In this document: in pieces, positions 1 through 10,230 of the stretch
How the letters are laid out: the number at the start of each line of letters is the position of its first letter
Position numbering within the stretch: position 1 is the stretch's first letter
From: a virus
UHGV virus genome: UHGV-0215940
Length of the DNA stretch: 39,643 nucleotides
Reading direction: 5' to 3' (one strand)
Position numbers and translations under genes: made by a program
The notes under the pieces: generated by a model
Told to the model about the DNA's origin: nothing
Seen by the model: only the letters and a program-made list of their open reading frames with translations
Databases searched by the model: none

Positions 1-1737
1 AATCTTACGTGCGGACTCGCGCAGTGACGCTGGCATACGGGCAATCTCTGGAGCCTTAGATGCGTTCAGTGCAGACTCAAATGCTTTATCGTCCTCAAAG
101 CGTTGCTCTTTGGACCGCTTAACAGTCAGTCGGTCGGCATCAAGAATAACCTGAGGGTCAATGCCCTGCTTGTCCATCATGTCCATCGTCAGGAATAGCT
201 CAGCTTGGTCTGGGTATAGTGCAGCAATCAACTGAGGGTCGGCATTACGGATTCTACGTAGAGCATCCAAAGCTGGGGTATTGTCCGGTAACTTACCGTT
301 AATCACAGCGGCAGACCACTCTTGACCAGCATCTGTTACCATAGTCCCGATTGCTGTACGGAATGCACCGTCCTTAGAGTCCGCTTGAAGGTACTTCAAC
401 TTCATAGCGTCCTTAGCGCCATCTGGAATATCCATACGGTCAATCTCAGCGAGCTTCTTATTGGCGTAGTTAACCATATCGCTATGCTTGAACTCACCAG
501 TGTTCTCGTTGACTGGCATATCCTTAAAATCCGTTGAGACCCACTCACCGTTGATTCGCTTCTGGAATTGCTTGTCGATTACGTCAAGTTTGTTCATTGA
601 CTTCATGGAATCGTCCAGAGCCTTGGCCTGAGCTTTCGTCCATGCGTTCATCTGATTCTGAACTTGTTCCTGTGCGGAGATTAGCCACTCACGTTGTGGT
701 GTCATCTGCTCATCAGGTTGGACCTTATCTAGTTCAGCCTTGATACCTTGAAGCATCTCCCACGCAGTACGAGGGTCCTCTTGGTTCAGCGCAGAGTTAA
801 TCTTCAAGCGATACTGCTCGTTCAGCTTAGCGTCAGTCTCAAACTGAGAGCGTTGTGCTGTCACCATTAGAGCATTCCACTGTTCCTCACCCATCAACTC
901 TCGGTAAGTCGTAGTGGCCCCGTTAAGTGTTACCTTCTTGTCACCGACTCGCATCAGGAAGTCAGCACCACCAGCACGGCTAGAAGCGTCACTGAACGCT
1001 TGGCTTATAAGCTGTGTGGCTTGAGCGTCAGACGGGATTGCCCCAGTAACCAGACCATTGTCGATGTACTTCTCAAAGAAGTCAGCAGAGTCTGGACGAC
1101 GAAGCATATCAGGGTCTTGAAGGACACCGTTAAGTTCCACTCGGCTGTTCATGATGGCACCCTTCTGAGCTTGTTGGCTCAAGAAGTTATCATGCGCACC
1201 GTACAGCGAGATGTTACGCTCAGTGATGTCCCCGTTGAAACCACGCTGATAGTCAACGTCCTCTGGGTCAATCCCAAACTGCTCAGCGTATGCCTTAGCG
1301 CCCTCTTGAAGACGACTATGGCGATACTGCTCCATCTCCTCACGAGTACGGAAGGCACCCTCTTTCACCTTCTGCATAACATCATCATCAACAAGGTATG
1401 CAGCGTTACGACCAGTCTTGACGCGGAGTGCTTCCATAGCGTATGGGTCATCCTGATACAGAAGGGTCCCGTTGTTGAGGGCCTCTCGACGCTGCTCAGG
1501 AGTTAGCTTACGGATAATCTCGTTAGAGCGTTCGTCAGCTAGGTCTCGTGCTCGTTGTTCCTTAGCGGTATACATATCGGCACCAGCCTGAGCGAACCGA
1601 CCAATAATGTCCAATAGGCTGGACTTTGGTTGTTCAGCTTGAGTGGTTGCTGCACGATAGCCCATACCACCAGCACCACCACGTAACCGAGAGAGTCCCG
1701 GTTGTGCCGCTTGAAGGGCAGATTCAATTTTACTCAT
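1..1737 (-). CDS. 15: Internal virion protein C (gp15), N-terminal 579 codons. The ORF continues at the window end (39137..39643).
   Basis: ATG at 1735-1737; translation begins MSKIESALQAAQPGLSRLRGG; open frame to position 1; reverse complement of window end + window start gives the contiguous ...ASLRESARKI/YDSVKYRSG... of T7 gp15; total 747 aa. Confidence 0.9.
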   Translation of the reverse strand, partial: MSKIESALQAAQPGLSRLRGGAGGMGYRAATTQAEQPKSSLLDIIGRFAQAGADMYTAKEQRARDLADERSNEIIRKLTPEQRREALNNGTLLYQDDPYAMEALRVKTGRNAAYLVDDDVMQKVKEGAFRTREEMEQYRHSRLQEGAKAYAEQFGIDPEDVDYQRGFNGDITERNISLYGAHDNFLSQQAQKGAIMNSRVELNGVLQDPDMLRRPDSADFFEKYIDNGLVTGAIPSDAQATQLISQAFSDASSRAGGADFLMRVGDKKVTLNGATTTYRELMGEEQWNALMVTAQRSQFETDAKLNEQYRLKINSALNQEDPRTAWEMLQGIKAELDKVQPDEQMTPQREWLISAQEQVQNQMNAWTKAQAKALDDSMKSMNKLDVIDKQFQKRINGEWVSTDFKDMPVNENTGEFKHSDMVNYANKKLAEIDRMDIPDGAKDAMKLKYLQADSKDGAFRTAIGTMVTDAGQEWSAAVINGKLPDNTPALDALRRIRNADPQLIAALYPDQAELFLTMDMMDKQGIDPQVILDADRLTVKRSKEQRFEDDKAFESALNASKAPEIARMPASLRESARKI

Positions 1738-1743
1738 AGCTCA

Positions 1744-2334
1744 TTACCTCCCCGTCTTGGTTCCTTTAGCGGCAACAATAGGTGCCTTAGTTGTGGGTTT
1801 AGAGTCAAACGCCCCAGACGCGTAAGCGCTCGCAGCGGAAGACCCCATGACAGCCAGCGGGTCAAGAACCATCTGTAGCTTACTCTTCTGTTTCTGTTCG
1901 CCCTTATAGATTTCGTCAATCTGGCTTGCAGCACTTTGAGTGCCACCAAGTTGCTGTGCGAAGATAGCTTGGTAGTCACGGCGGTAGTTCTCAGTTACCA
2001 TATTGGCTTCCCGAATGAACTGCCCTTCTGTGACTCGCTTAATACGGTCCATTGAGGAACCTTCAAGCATACTCTCCCCGATAGCTGCTCGGATAGACCC
2101 CATAGCTTGAACCTTCTGCATGTTCTGTGAGGTCAACTCAGAGGATGCTTCCTCAAGTTTACTTCGAGCTTGCAACGATAGGTCAGCATTCTGGATGTTC
2201 GTCTGCTTCATTAGTTCGATAGCTTGACGACGACCAGCAGCGGTCTGAGCGGCAATCATTTTGGCCTGAGTGTTCTGACCACTGATGGCCTGAGCACCAG
2301 CCAATGCGATAGGAATTGCGGCGAGCCAACACAT
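1744..2334 (-). CDS. 14: Internal virion protein B (gp14)
   Basis: 196-aa ORF in the T7 gene 14 position, between 13 and 15. Confidence 0.9.
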   Translation of the reverse strand: MCWLAAIPIALAGAQAISGQNTQAKMIAAQTAAGRRQAIELMKQTNIQNADLSLQARSKLEEASSELTSQNMQKVQAMGSIRAAIGESMLEGSSMDRIKRVTEGQFIREANMVTENYRRDYQAIFAQQLGGTQSAASQIDEIYKGEQKQKSKLQMVLDPLAVMGSSAASAYASGAFDSKPTTKAPIVAAKGTKTGR

Positions 2335-2338
2335 ATGG

Positions 2339-2755
2339 TTATCCTCCTTTCGTTATTGTGAATAATTGAAATTGACCATCGCGTGTGTACTCCTCATGAA
2401 ATACCGCACCGATAGTCTTGAGGAAACGAATGTGAGACGTATTGCCTACCCACACGTAATTCCAAAGAGTATCATACTTCTCAAGCATCTTATCGCGATA
2501 CTCCATGATTAACTTACGGAATTCTCGCTTAGCTTTTCCACTAAGTCGCCACACTTGGTCGCTCGTAACGAACCAGCACTGGTCCCCGCAATTACCACCA
2601 ATGGCTAGAGGGAACCCATAGAGGCTCAACGTGACACACTCGGAAGCATCTGGGAAACTCGGCTCAATACCAGCAGCCTTAGCTTCAAGAATGTCATGGT
2701 GAGCCGGAGTGAATACCTCAAAGTCTGTACTTTTAGTAGGTCTTATAATCATCAT
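2339..2755 (-). CDS. 13: gp13 internal virion/assembly protein
   Basis: 138-aa ORF downstream of phi13, same length as T7 gp13. Confidence 0.9.
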   Translation of the reverse strand: MMIIRPTKSTDFEVFTPAHHDILEAKAAGIEPSFPDASECVTLSLYGFPLAIGGNCGDQCWFVTSDQVWRLSGKAKREFRKLIMEYRDKMLEKYDTLWNYVWVGNTSHIRFLKTIGAVFHEEYTRDGQFQLFTITKGG

Positions 2756-2782
2756 AAGAAAACCCTCCCGTAGTCGTATTGT

Positions 2783-2805
2783 TCTCCCTATAGTGAGTCG
2801 TATTA
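2783..2805 (-). promoter_or_regulatory. T7 RNAP promoter phi13
   Basis: tctccctatagtgagtcgtatta = reverse complement of TAATACGACTCACTATAGGGAGA. Confidence 0.9.
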
Positions 2806-2835
2806 ATTTCGAGCCACTACAGGGAGAACGTTTAA

Positions 2836-5226
2836 TTAAATACCTGAACTTCTCCGTAAGTAGTTACCTTCCCAGCCACACCCAATGATGTTCAGCGGGG
2901 TAGTCTCGTCAGACAAGATAGACACGGTATTGAACTTGGCGTTACCAACCACAGGGAATCGGTATTGTCCTGTCCCTAAGTTCAATCGCCCAGCCCTCAG
3001 AGTGTTAGAGCCTAAGCGAGCACCAGCCATCGTATACTTCCAGTTGGATGATTGGTTCTCAACATAAATGTCAAACGTACCAGACTCCTCATAGTTAACC
3101 CACGCTCGGCGTAACTGTAAGCGACCAATGTCTTCCGTTGAGGTTGACCCATCGTCGGCAGTCTGCTTGATGAGAAACTTAGAGAACTCATAGACGAAGT
3201 TAATGTTGAACCCAATGTATACCGTTCGTCCCTCTAAGTTACCACTAAGCCTCAACCATGGGTCATTGTTCCACCCAGCAGTTGGTTGCTCAAATACGGT
3301 TATCTTACCATCAGGCTCCAATACAGTGATTTTGCCCCTCCCGAAGTTCGCACCATAAATGGTTGGTATGTGAATGGAAGTTTCGTAGGTGTCATCGTTG
3401 TACGTTCCGCTTGGAATCGTGTAGCGAATCTTCATATCCATAAAGGCCCGATAGGGTTCTCCCTGTAAGTCAATGGCGTTCTTCGTAAAGGAAACTCTCG
3501 CAAGGAACGTATTGAACTCGTTACGTAGAATAATGAACATATCTGAGTTGATGCTCTGACATGCCAAAACCTGCACGTTTGCCCCAAAGTCCCAGTGAGA
3601 CCATGACTGTTGCCTTAGCTCTTCGTTAAGGTAAAGGAATTTGTACATGAAGATTTTGCTAGGGTCCCCGTGAGATAGTACAGAACAGAAGTTTTCAGTA
3701 CCACTACCACAAATACTAAACACACCATTTGGAATGTAGTTAGGAACGTGTGCTGTAATGTCCTCAGCGTTCTTAACGGAACTTACATCCTGCACAGCAT
3801 AGTATCTGTGGATGGACGTGAAGCTGGACCTCGGACTAGCAAAGTAGACATTGCGTCCAATCCCAAAAGGTCTCGCTCGGTCCTGTACGTCAAACTGAGT
3901 CGTTAGGTTCAACTCAACCGACTTCGACGTGAGAGTCCCAGAAGCAGTCAGGACGAATTGTGCTTCATCGGACCAGATGAGTAACTCTTCTGAGAACGGA
4001 ACGGCGTACTTAAGGATTGCTATTCGGTTGGTACTCACAGCTACGTCTATAGGGTCGTCATCACTTAGGTTAGCAACCGACGCTGGGAAGAAGTTGAAGT
4101 ATTTTGCAGTACGACTCAATATGATGTTCTCTCCGCTAAGGAATCCTAAACGGTTACGGAAGAAGAAGACATCATTAATCGTAGAGCCTACGAATGAAGG
4201 ATACGGGTTAGTATCAGCATCACCGCACACCCTAGGGTTCCACGAGATGGTCTTGAACTCAAAGTTACCGTCAGATGCCCTAATGAGAGCGTGAGGCATC
4301 GTATCATGAGTGTAGTGCAGCTTGGTGTTCCACCCAACAACTTCCTTCCACACCTTACGACTGGAATCATACTGAACGTAATACTGGTCAGCGGACTTTG
4401 AGGAATCTCCCACAATCTTAACCATGTAGCCGTCTGGGGCGTTTGGTGGCAACTTAGAGAACGACTGAGCATAGTGAGTGACAGGGTTAATTAGCTGGTC
4501 TGCGTACCCATCCTCGGTTGATATGTAGGCTACCTCGCCGTTGGCTGGAGCTATCACATGGATGAACCCTTGACCAACGTTGAATGTCCACCCATGAGGT
4601 CCTAGGTTGTTCCTGAGTTGAGTAGCCAACTCGTTAGCCAGCCATTGAGCATCAGTATTGTTGACGTGTTCTGGAGCGGACCCGTTAGGGATTGTGTACG
4701 CTGCATATACTGTACCATTAATCAGAACCTTCAACGTTCTTCCATACTGACCACCTCGCACGTTAATCAGAGCGTCACCTTTATCCCGAAAGTTACCACC
4801 AGTTGAAATTTCTGTGGACTCGGTTACAGTGACGTTCCTGTTAACGACAAACGTGTAGTCGGCAACTGTTACCATCCGAAGGTCATTCCTTGGGTTAGCT
4901 GTCTGTACATATGCTGCCCCTGTAGGGAAACGCACTTGTTTCTCGTTACCAGCTAAATCAAAAACTCGGATGGTACTTCCGGTAAACACTGCGTAGTACC
5001 GCTCGTACTCGTCACGGTTTATCAGGTGAATTAAAGGTGCTTGCCCTAAGTCACCACTTCCTCCCAGTGTCTTAAGGAAAACCATAGGTGGACGCTTTTG
5101 GAGGCCCTCGGTCTCCGAAGACCAACCGTTAACTTGGCGTGACCCTTGGTCGGGATAACGAAGGATGTCAGGCTGTTGACTGATACCACCCTTCAAGTTC
5201 TTGATTGATTGGCTAATGAGTGCCAT
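2836..5226 (-). CDS. 12: Tail tubular protein B (gp12)
   Basis: 796-aa ORF, MALISQSIKNLKGGISQQPDILRYPDQG...; T7 gp12 is 794 aa. Confidence 0.95.
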   Translation of the reverse strand: MALISQSIKNLKGGISQQPDILRYPDQGSRQVNGWSSETEGLQKRPPMVFLKTLGGSGDLGQAPLIHLINRDEYERYYAVFTGSTIRVFDLAGNEKQVRFPTGAAYVQTANPRNDLRMVTVADYTFVVNRNVTVTESTEISTGGNFRDKGDALINVRGGQYGRTLKVLINGTVYAAYTIPNGSAPEHVNNTDAQWLANELATQLRNNLGPHGWTFNVGQGFIHVIAPANGEVAYISTEDGYADQLINPVTHYAQSFSKLPPNAPDGYMVKIVGDSSKSADQYYVQYDSSRKVWKEVVGWNTKLHYTHDTMPHALIRASDGNFEFKTISWNPRVCGDADTNPYPSFVGSTINDVFFFRNRLGFLSGENIILSRTAKYFNFFPASVANLSDDDPIDVAVSTNRIAILKYAVPFSEELLIWSDEAQFVLTASGTLTSKSVELNLTTQFDVQDRARPFGIGRNVYFASPRSSFTSIHRYYAVQDVSSVKNAEDITAHVPNYIPNGVFSICGSGTENFCSVLSHGDPSKIFMYKFLYLNEELRQQSWSHWDFGANVQVLACQSINSDMFIILRNEFNTFLARVSFTKNAIDLQGEPYRAFMDMKIRYTIPSGTYNDDTYETSIHIPTIYGANFGRGKITVLEPDGKITVFEQPTAGWNNDPWLRLSGNLEGRTVYIGFNINFVYEFSKFLIKQTADDGSTSTEDIGRLQLRRAWVNYEESGTFDIYVENQSSNWKYTMAGARLGSNTLRAGRLNLGTGQYRFPVVGNAKFNTVSILSDETTPLNIIGCGWEGNYLRRSSGI

Positions 5227-5246
5227 TAGAGCCTCCTTATTGATTA

Positions 5247-5837
5247 TTAGCGAGTCAGTAGACCAGAAGTGAACGCATCACCATCCAGCATATTGTACCC
5301 ACCGTAGTCCACTTCGTACTCCATACAGAGACGTCTAGCTTCATCTTCCTCTTCTTGAAGTACACCCTCTACTTCCGGTGCCCCAAAGAATCGGTTGTTG
5401 AACTGACGGGAAGCCTTAGTGACAATCCAGTAACGGAAGCACTCAGGCATCTCATCGTAGTCTCGGAGACGAATAATGTTCACGGTAATGCCAGAGTCAA
5501 AGCGGTCTGATTGACTCGTTCGGTCATACACATATCCACCTCGGTTAACGTAGATGGATTGACCGGATGTAGCCATTAGGGATAAATAGTCGTCACTGTA
5601 TACAATCAGGTTGGAGTAAACATCAGGTAGTAGCGTTATGCCTTCCTCAATGTTGAACGTCCATCCACGAGACTGAATCTGACGGTTAATCTTGTTGAGA
5701 ATACGCCGAGCGTTCGCTACGTCTGCGTTAGAGTCACCTTCCAGCGTTGATACCGGAGGTTCTCCGATAGATGCCAGAATGTCATTCACAGCGGATAACT
5801 CAGCGGCAGTCTCAACGTTCATATCGTATGAGCGCAT
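5247..5837 (-). CDS. 11: Tail tubular protein A (gp11)
   Basis: 196-aa [31 protein letters not shown]; T7 gp11. Confidence 0.95.
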   Translation of the reverse strand: MRSYDMNVETAAELSAVNDILASIGEPPVSTLEGDSNADVANARRILNKINRQIQSRGWTFNIEEGITLLPDVYSNLIVYSDDYLSLMATSGQSIYVNRGGYVYDRTSQSDRFDSGITVNIIRLRDYDEMPECFRYWIVTKASRQFNNRFFGAPEVEGVLQEEEDEARRLCMEYEVDYGGYNMLDGDAFTSGLLTR

Positions 5838-5857
5838 ATAGTTCCTCCCATTAAAGC

Positions 5858-5904
5858 AAAAAACCCCTCAAGACCCGTTTAGAGGCCCCAAGGGGTTATG
5901 CTAG
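5858..5904 (-). terminator. Tphi late terminator for T7 RNAP
   Basis: reverse complement reads CTAGCATAACCCCTTGGGGCCTCTAAACGGGTCTTGAGGGGTTTTTTG, a GC-rich hairpin followed by a U-run. Confidence 0.9.
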
Positions 5905-5905
5905 T

Positions 5906-7094
5906 TATTGCTCAGCGGTGGCAGCGGCCAACTCAGCTTCCTTTCGGGCCTTGTTAGCAGCGCGGGTGCGTGCAGCCTTCTGTGCTGGCGTTAAGGTTTC
6001 TTCGGTCGAAGTAACACTCACCTCTTCGGGACTAGCAGCGACCGTTGAGGCCACTCCCAGCATTACTCCGTCTTGAAAACCACTGCACCAGCAGCTTCTG
6101 GGCGCAGACCACCGTGGCCCATTGCGTACTTAGCGATAATCTGGTCTGCTTGGAAGTTAGCACGGCGAGCGCGCTCCAGAGCCAAGTCACGCAGCTTAAC
6201 GGTACCTACCGCAGAGCGGTGCATGAACAGGCCGATAACGTTATCCTTAGCTACCTTGTCATTACCGCTCTTAGTGGTAGGGAAGGCGTGCTTCTGACCG
6301 GAAGTATCCTCGCGCGAGGTGCCAGCGCCACCAGCAGTGAGGTGAGGAACCTCTACAACCTCAAAGCCCATAACGTTACGGATAGAACCCTTCTCAGGGT
6401 CAATCAGCGCAGCGTAGTTTGCCGCGTTCGGCATCAGTGCTGCCAGAATCGCAGAGTAGCTATCTGGGTCGCAGTAGAACACACGGTCGGCAGCCGGAAC
6501 GTAGTTCTTGGTCAGAGCCGCACGAGCCTTGGTCAGTGCTGCAATAATCTCCTTACCCAGCGCAACTTGGTCGGTAAGTGCAGATGTTAACTGAGTGGTC
6601 TCAATTACGGTAGCAGTACCTAAGCCCTCGATGTTCTCGTTATAGGTGCTCGCCAAGTTACACAGGCCAGCAATCTCAGCCAGAACCGCACCATCCGCAG
6701 CCATCGCCAGAGACTCGCCCAACTGAGAGGTATACTCAGAGCGAACGTCATAGTGGTTCATCGCATCCTCAATATCGTAAATCAGAACGTCTGCCGTCAG
6801 GAGGCCATCAATGGTGATGGTCTTCTCGGTGTGTTTGATGTCTTTACGTTTATCATCGAGGTTCTCACCCGGAGCCAGATACGCTGCCTGAGTTCGACCC
6901 AGAACAGGGAACTGAGCGGATTTACCGCTGGAGATGGAACGGACCATGTGGCGAGAAGTGGTCACAGAGGTACGAGCGAATGCAGTCAGAACTTCACCGC
7001 CAAATACCTTCAAGAACAACGCCAGTTTATCACCAGCACTTTGACCTTTACCTTGGTTAGTACCCAGTTGCTGTCCACCAGTCATGTTAGCCAT
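5906..7094 (-). CDS. 10B: Minor capsid protein 10B, made by a -1 ribosomal frameshift near the 10A C-terminus
   Basis: GGTTTTC slippery motif (reverse complement of 6075..6081) just before the 10A stop; the -1 frame stays open to a TAA at 5906-5908, immediately upstream of Tphi. Confidence 0.7.
6063..7094 (-). CDS. 10A: Major capsid protein 10A
   Basis: 343-aa ORF MANMTGGQQLGTNQGKG...; follows phi10 and the conserved s10 leader/SD. Confidence 0.97.
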   Translation of the reverse strand: MANMTGGQQLGTNQGKGQSAGDKLALFLKVFGGEVLTAFARTSVTTSRHMVRSISSGKSAQFPVLGRTQAAYLAPGENLDDKRKDIKHTEKTITIDGLLTADVLIYDIEDAMNHYDVRSEYTSQLGESLAMAADGAVLAEIAGLCNLASTYNENIEGLGTATVIETTQLTSALTDQVALGKEIIAALTKARAALTKNYVPAADRVFYCDPDSYSAILAALMPNAANYAALIDPEKGSIRNVMGFEVVEVPHLTAGGAGTSREDTSGQKHAFPTTKSGNDKVAKDNVIGLFMHRSAVGTVKLRDLALERARRANFQADQIIAKYAMGHGGLRPEAAGAVVFKTE

Positions 7095-7155
7095 ATATGT
7101 ATCTCCTTCTTAAGAAAGTTAAACAAGAATGATTTCTAGAGGGAAACCGTTGTGG

Positions 7156-7178
7156 TCTCCCTATAGTGAGTCGTATTA
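7156..7178 (-). promoter_or_regulatory. T7 RNAP promoter phi10
   Basis: exact consensus, followed by the GGGAGACCACAACGGTTTCCC leader hairpin and SD AAGGAG. Confidence 0.95.
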
Positions 7179-7191
7179 ATTTCAGAGTCTA

Positions 7192-8115
7192 TCAGAAGTT
7201 CGAATCGATTACTTTCTGTTCGACTTGACGACGATAGTTGGCATCTGTGCGATACCGAGGGTCACTCATAGCTTTAATCATCTCGCTGCGGTCCGCAAAT
7301 CCTTCACGCTTGGTAGCCTGAGGTTTAGCCGGAATAGCACGATTAGTTACACTACGAGTTGGCTTACGACCAAACGCCTTAGCGCGAGACTCACCAGCCA
7401 AGTTGATGATAGCCTTAACGGTCGCTAAGTCACGATTGGTCAACGCATTGTCCAGCGACTGTGCAGCCTCAGGATTGTGCGTCTCAAGGTGATTATACAG
7501 TGCGTCAAAGCGTTCACGACCACCAGCGTACTCAATGACACTGTTTACGTACTGCTCCACCAGAGCTTCTTGACCACGAATGTACGAGTCGATGAAAGCC
7601 TTAGTGTAACCAATTTCAGCCAGCTTAGCGTAGGACTCAGCGGACAACTCTTCGTTCTCCTCGTACTCACGCTGTATGGCCTCGATGGTCTCGACGCTCA
7701 TGCCACGCTCGGCAGCAATGTTAATCATCTCTTGGAAGCCTTCTTCGTGCTCACCAAGTTGCTCAGAGGCAGCTACCAGTTCTTCTGGAGTCTCACCCAG
7801 TGGGGTAAACTCTTCGGAACCTTCGGTGCCCTCAAAGCCTTCTTCTCCAGTGTCCACATCGGTCGGCTCAGAGCCATCACCAATGCGAACCTGAATGCGT
7901 CCTTCGTCATCCTCTTGACCGAATGGGTCAGAGTTGTCGTACAGGTCGCGTTCTGTTTCCACTTCGTCGGACGCTAACTCGATTGCATCATCGCCATCAC
8001 GGGCAGCAACATCAAGAGCCAGCATATTCTGTTCATGTTCCTCAACGGAACCACCAGACATCACAGCGGAGTTCACACCAAAAGATGCATATACGTCTGC
8101 ATTAGATTCAGTCAT
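7192..8115 (-). CDS. 9: Capsid assembly/scaffolding protein (gp9)
   Basis: 307-aa acidic ORF MTESNADVYASFGVNSAVMSGG; T7 gp9 is 307 aa. Confidence 0.95.
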   Translation of the reverse strand: MTESNADVYASFGVNSAVMSGGSVEEHEQNMLALDVAARDGDDAIELASDEVETERDLYDNSDPFGQEDDEGRIQVRIGDGSEPTDVDTGEEGFEGTEGSEEFTPLGETPEELVAASEQLGEHEEGFQEMINIAAERGMSVETIEAIQREYEENEELSAESYAKLAEIGYTKAFIDSYIRGQEALVEQYVNSVIEYAGGRERFDALYNHLETHNPEAAQSLDNALTNRDLATVKAIINLAGESRAKAFGRKPTRSVTNRAIPAKPQATKREGFADRSEMIKAMSDPRYRTDANYRRQVEQKVIDSNF

Positions 8116-8194
8116 TATTATTGTCTCCTTAAAGTTGAACTACAGGAAGACCGAGGACTCCAACCTCTTGTCATCGCTCATTTCAAAGATGAGG

Positions 8195-8217
8195 TCTCCC
8201 TATAGTGAGTCGTATTA
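8195..8217 (-). promoter_or_regulatory. T7 RNAP promoter phi9
   Basis: tctccctatagtgagtcgtatta; overlaps the gene 8 stop. Confidence 0.9.
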
Positions 8218-9825
8218 AATGCCCGGCTGTAAACCTACGGAATCAGCGGCAGCAGCCATAGCCTCAGGTGAAGCTGTAGCCTGTGCAGCCATACCTTGAG
8301 CCAGCGCAGCAGCACCATTATCCATACCCATTTGCATAGATTGTTGGGCCATCTTCTGTTGCTTCTGTTCTTCGGTGAGTAGAATGCCAGAAGTGTCAAT
8401 GCCGATAGCGTTCGCAATGCGCAACTTAATCATTGCAAGGTTGATGTCAGGGTCATCCCGCATAGGAGCCAGTGCAGCCCACGCAGTGACACAACGCTCC
8501 AATTTATCAAGGTCTTGTCCTCGACCAATTGCTTCCAGACCTGTACTAATGGTTGGCTCTACGGCTTCCTTAGGTAACTCAGGAATCTGTTGCGTGGCTT
8601 GTAGTTGCTTCAAGAGCACTCGTACCAGAGGCAATTGTAATTCTTGAGAAAGGATAGAGTAGACACCACCTAAAGTATCTTCAAGTTCAGAAGCGACATA
8701 CCGAATCTCTTCGGCGGTCACACGTTCCCCTGTACGCTGAACCGCAGAGTTCAACATAAAGGCAAACGAAAGGCGAGCCTCAATAGCGTCACTGACAGCC
8801 TTGGCTACAGTAAAGTCTGCTTGCTTCTCCAGTTGGAGGAACGAGATGTCTTCTGGACGACCCGTAACGAAGTCACCAGTCTGAGCTTTGGTCAGTCGGC
8901 GTGGCTGGGTGATACCAGCAGGATTCACTAAGCCGATAACCTTAGAGCTAATCATGGACATCTTGACGATGGCCTCTTGGAGATTCTCAAGGGACCGTAA
9001 GTCACCTAAGTACTCCTCAATGTACGAACGACCGTAGGATTCACCATCCAGACGAACCATTCGAATCGGGATGTATGGGCAAGCCTCTTTAGGGTACGAA
9101 CCATCGGAGCCTTGTATCTCCATACCTTCAACCTCTTCGTAGCGGAGATATTCGTCTGACTCTTCGTCCAAGTAGATGTGAGTGTACACATCAATGGTCT
9201 CATCAGGTTTCTTCTCACCGCCTTGACCTTCTACAGCCTTCCGGATGTCCTCAGGTAGCGCACCGAAAGCTATCTGGTCGCGAGTCACCATTTGCAGAAC
9301 GTTGCCGAATGCGTCTCGTTGGACCACATAAGAAGACAATCGGTACAGCTTCATGGGATTGTAGTTCGACCCTTCCGGTTCCGGTAGGTACAGCAGTACG
9401 TTACCAGCTACGACTAACTGCTTGAGAGCCTCAAAGAGAGTAACTCGGTAACTGTTAGACTCAATGTAGTTCATGATGATACGCTCTACCATCGAGAGAC
9501 CCTCATCGACCTTAGCGAGTCCATCGGGGTCGCTCAGTAGCTGCTTTGCTTCATATTCAGATATAGTAAGTCGCATCCAAGTCTGCATCGGGAACAGAGC
9601 CAGCATGAGCTTAGATGCTAGATTGTTTAGACCACGAGCGCCCACAGCTTGCCACGGAGTTGTGTAGTCTGTGGATGCGTTATCGGAGTCCTTAGGGAAC
9701 AATGAGGGGATGGTATATTGAGCGCAATTCTGAGCGCGTGTCTCATAAGGAGCACGGTCGTTCTTTAAACGCTCATAGACAGACTTTGCGCCATCCTCCG
9801 CAAGTCCTGTTCGTTTCTCAGCCAT
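8215..9825 (-). CDS. 8: Head-tail connector/portal protein (gp8)
   Basis: Start placed at the ATG at 9823-9825 (MAEKRTGLAEDGAKS), which has a GGAGA SD and overlaps the 7.7 stop as TAATG; the track start at 9840 lacks an SD; 536 aa. Confidence 0.95.
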   Translation of the reverse strand: MAEKRTGLAEDGAKSVYERLKNDRAPYETRAQNCAQYTIPSLFPKDSDNASTDYTTPWQAVGARGLNNLASKLMLALFPMQTWMRLTISEYEAKQLLSDPDGLAKVDEGLSMVERIIMNYIESNSYRVTLFEALKQLVVAGNVLLYLPEPEGSNYNPMKLYRLSSYVVQRDAFGNVLQMVTRDQIAFGALPEDIRKAVEGQGGEKKPDETIDVYTHIYLDEESDEYLRYEEVEGMEIQGSDGSYPKEACPYIPIRMVRLDGESYGRSYIEEYLGDLRSLENLQEAIVKMSMISSKVIGLVNPAGITQPRRLTKAQTGDFVTGRPEDISFLQLEKQADFTVAKAVSDAIEARLSFAFMLNSAVQRTGERVTAEEIRYVASELEDTLGGVYSILSQELQLPLVRVLLKQLQATQQIPELPKEAVEPTISTGLEAIGRGQDLDKLERCVTAWAALAPMRDDPDINLAMIKLRIANAIGIDTSGILLTEEQKQQKMAQQSMQMGMDNGAAALAQGMAAQATASPEAMAAAADSVGLQPGI

Positions 9826-10217
9826 TAAATATGTCTCCATGTCTTACGCTGTAGGATTCGCGTTATGGTTGATTGACTGACTCCATACAGTTCTCCTAAG
9901 GAGCGGTGGCTTAAGGTTGAAGAACGTATAGCGAGAACGTCTGACTCTGTAAGTTTCTTGCTTAGCGCCTCTCCTTTAGCCTGTCTACCTTTGGTAACCA
10001 TGTCCTCGGAATTATCCTTTGGAGTTCCAAGTGTAAGGTGCTTAATGTTATAGCACCGAGGGTTATCGCAGATATGCATCACCACCATTCCTGTTGGGAC
10101 TGGGCCATAGGTTTCCTCATAGATGTGTCTATGTGGGGTCACAAGTTTACCATTGACCCACTTACGACCATAACCCTTAGAGTTGACACCTCCTGTCCAT
10201 TCTATGCAGTCTTCCAC
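9825..10217 (-). CDS. 7.7: HNH endonuclease (gp7.7-like)
   Basis: 130 aa; Cys/His-rich N-terminus with H-N-H motif (HICDNPRCYNIKHL); T7 gp7.7 is 130 aa. Confidence 0.85.
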   Translation of the reverse strand: MEDCIEWTGGVNSKGYGRKWVNGKLVTPHRHIYEETYGPVPTGMVVMHICDNPRCYNIKHLTLGTPKDNSEDMVTKGRQAKGEALSKKLTESDVLAIRSSTLSHRSLGELYGVSQSTITRILQRKTWRHI

Positions 10218-10230
10218 GATAACCTCCTTA

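Noticed and set aside
1000-1506. 168-aa plus-strand ORF, and many other plus-strand ORFs of 60-214 aa (e.g. 6045..6590, 7477..7977, 13974..14618, 19673..20203, 35770..36108)
   Set aside because: All lie antisense to well-supported minus-strand T7 genes. They have no SD or promoter, and T7-group genomes are transcribed from one strand only.
1734-1979. 81-aa ORF overlapping the gene 14/15 boundary
   Set aside because: Out of frame with and embedded in gene 14; it runs into the gene 15 start, and I find no SD.
2806-2840. Second partial promoter-like motif (cagggagaacg / agtcgtatt fragments) near phi13
   Set aside because: It is only a partial match to the 23-bp consensus and is probably part of the phi13 leader or R13 hairpin, not an independent promoter.
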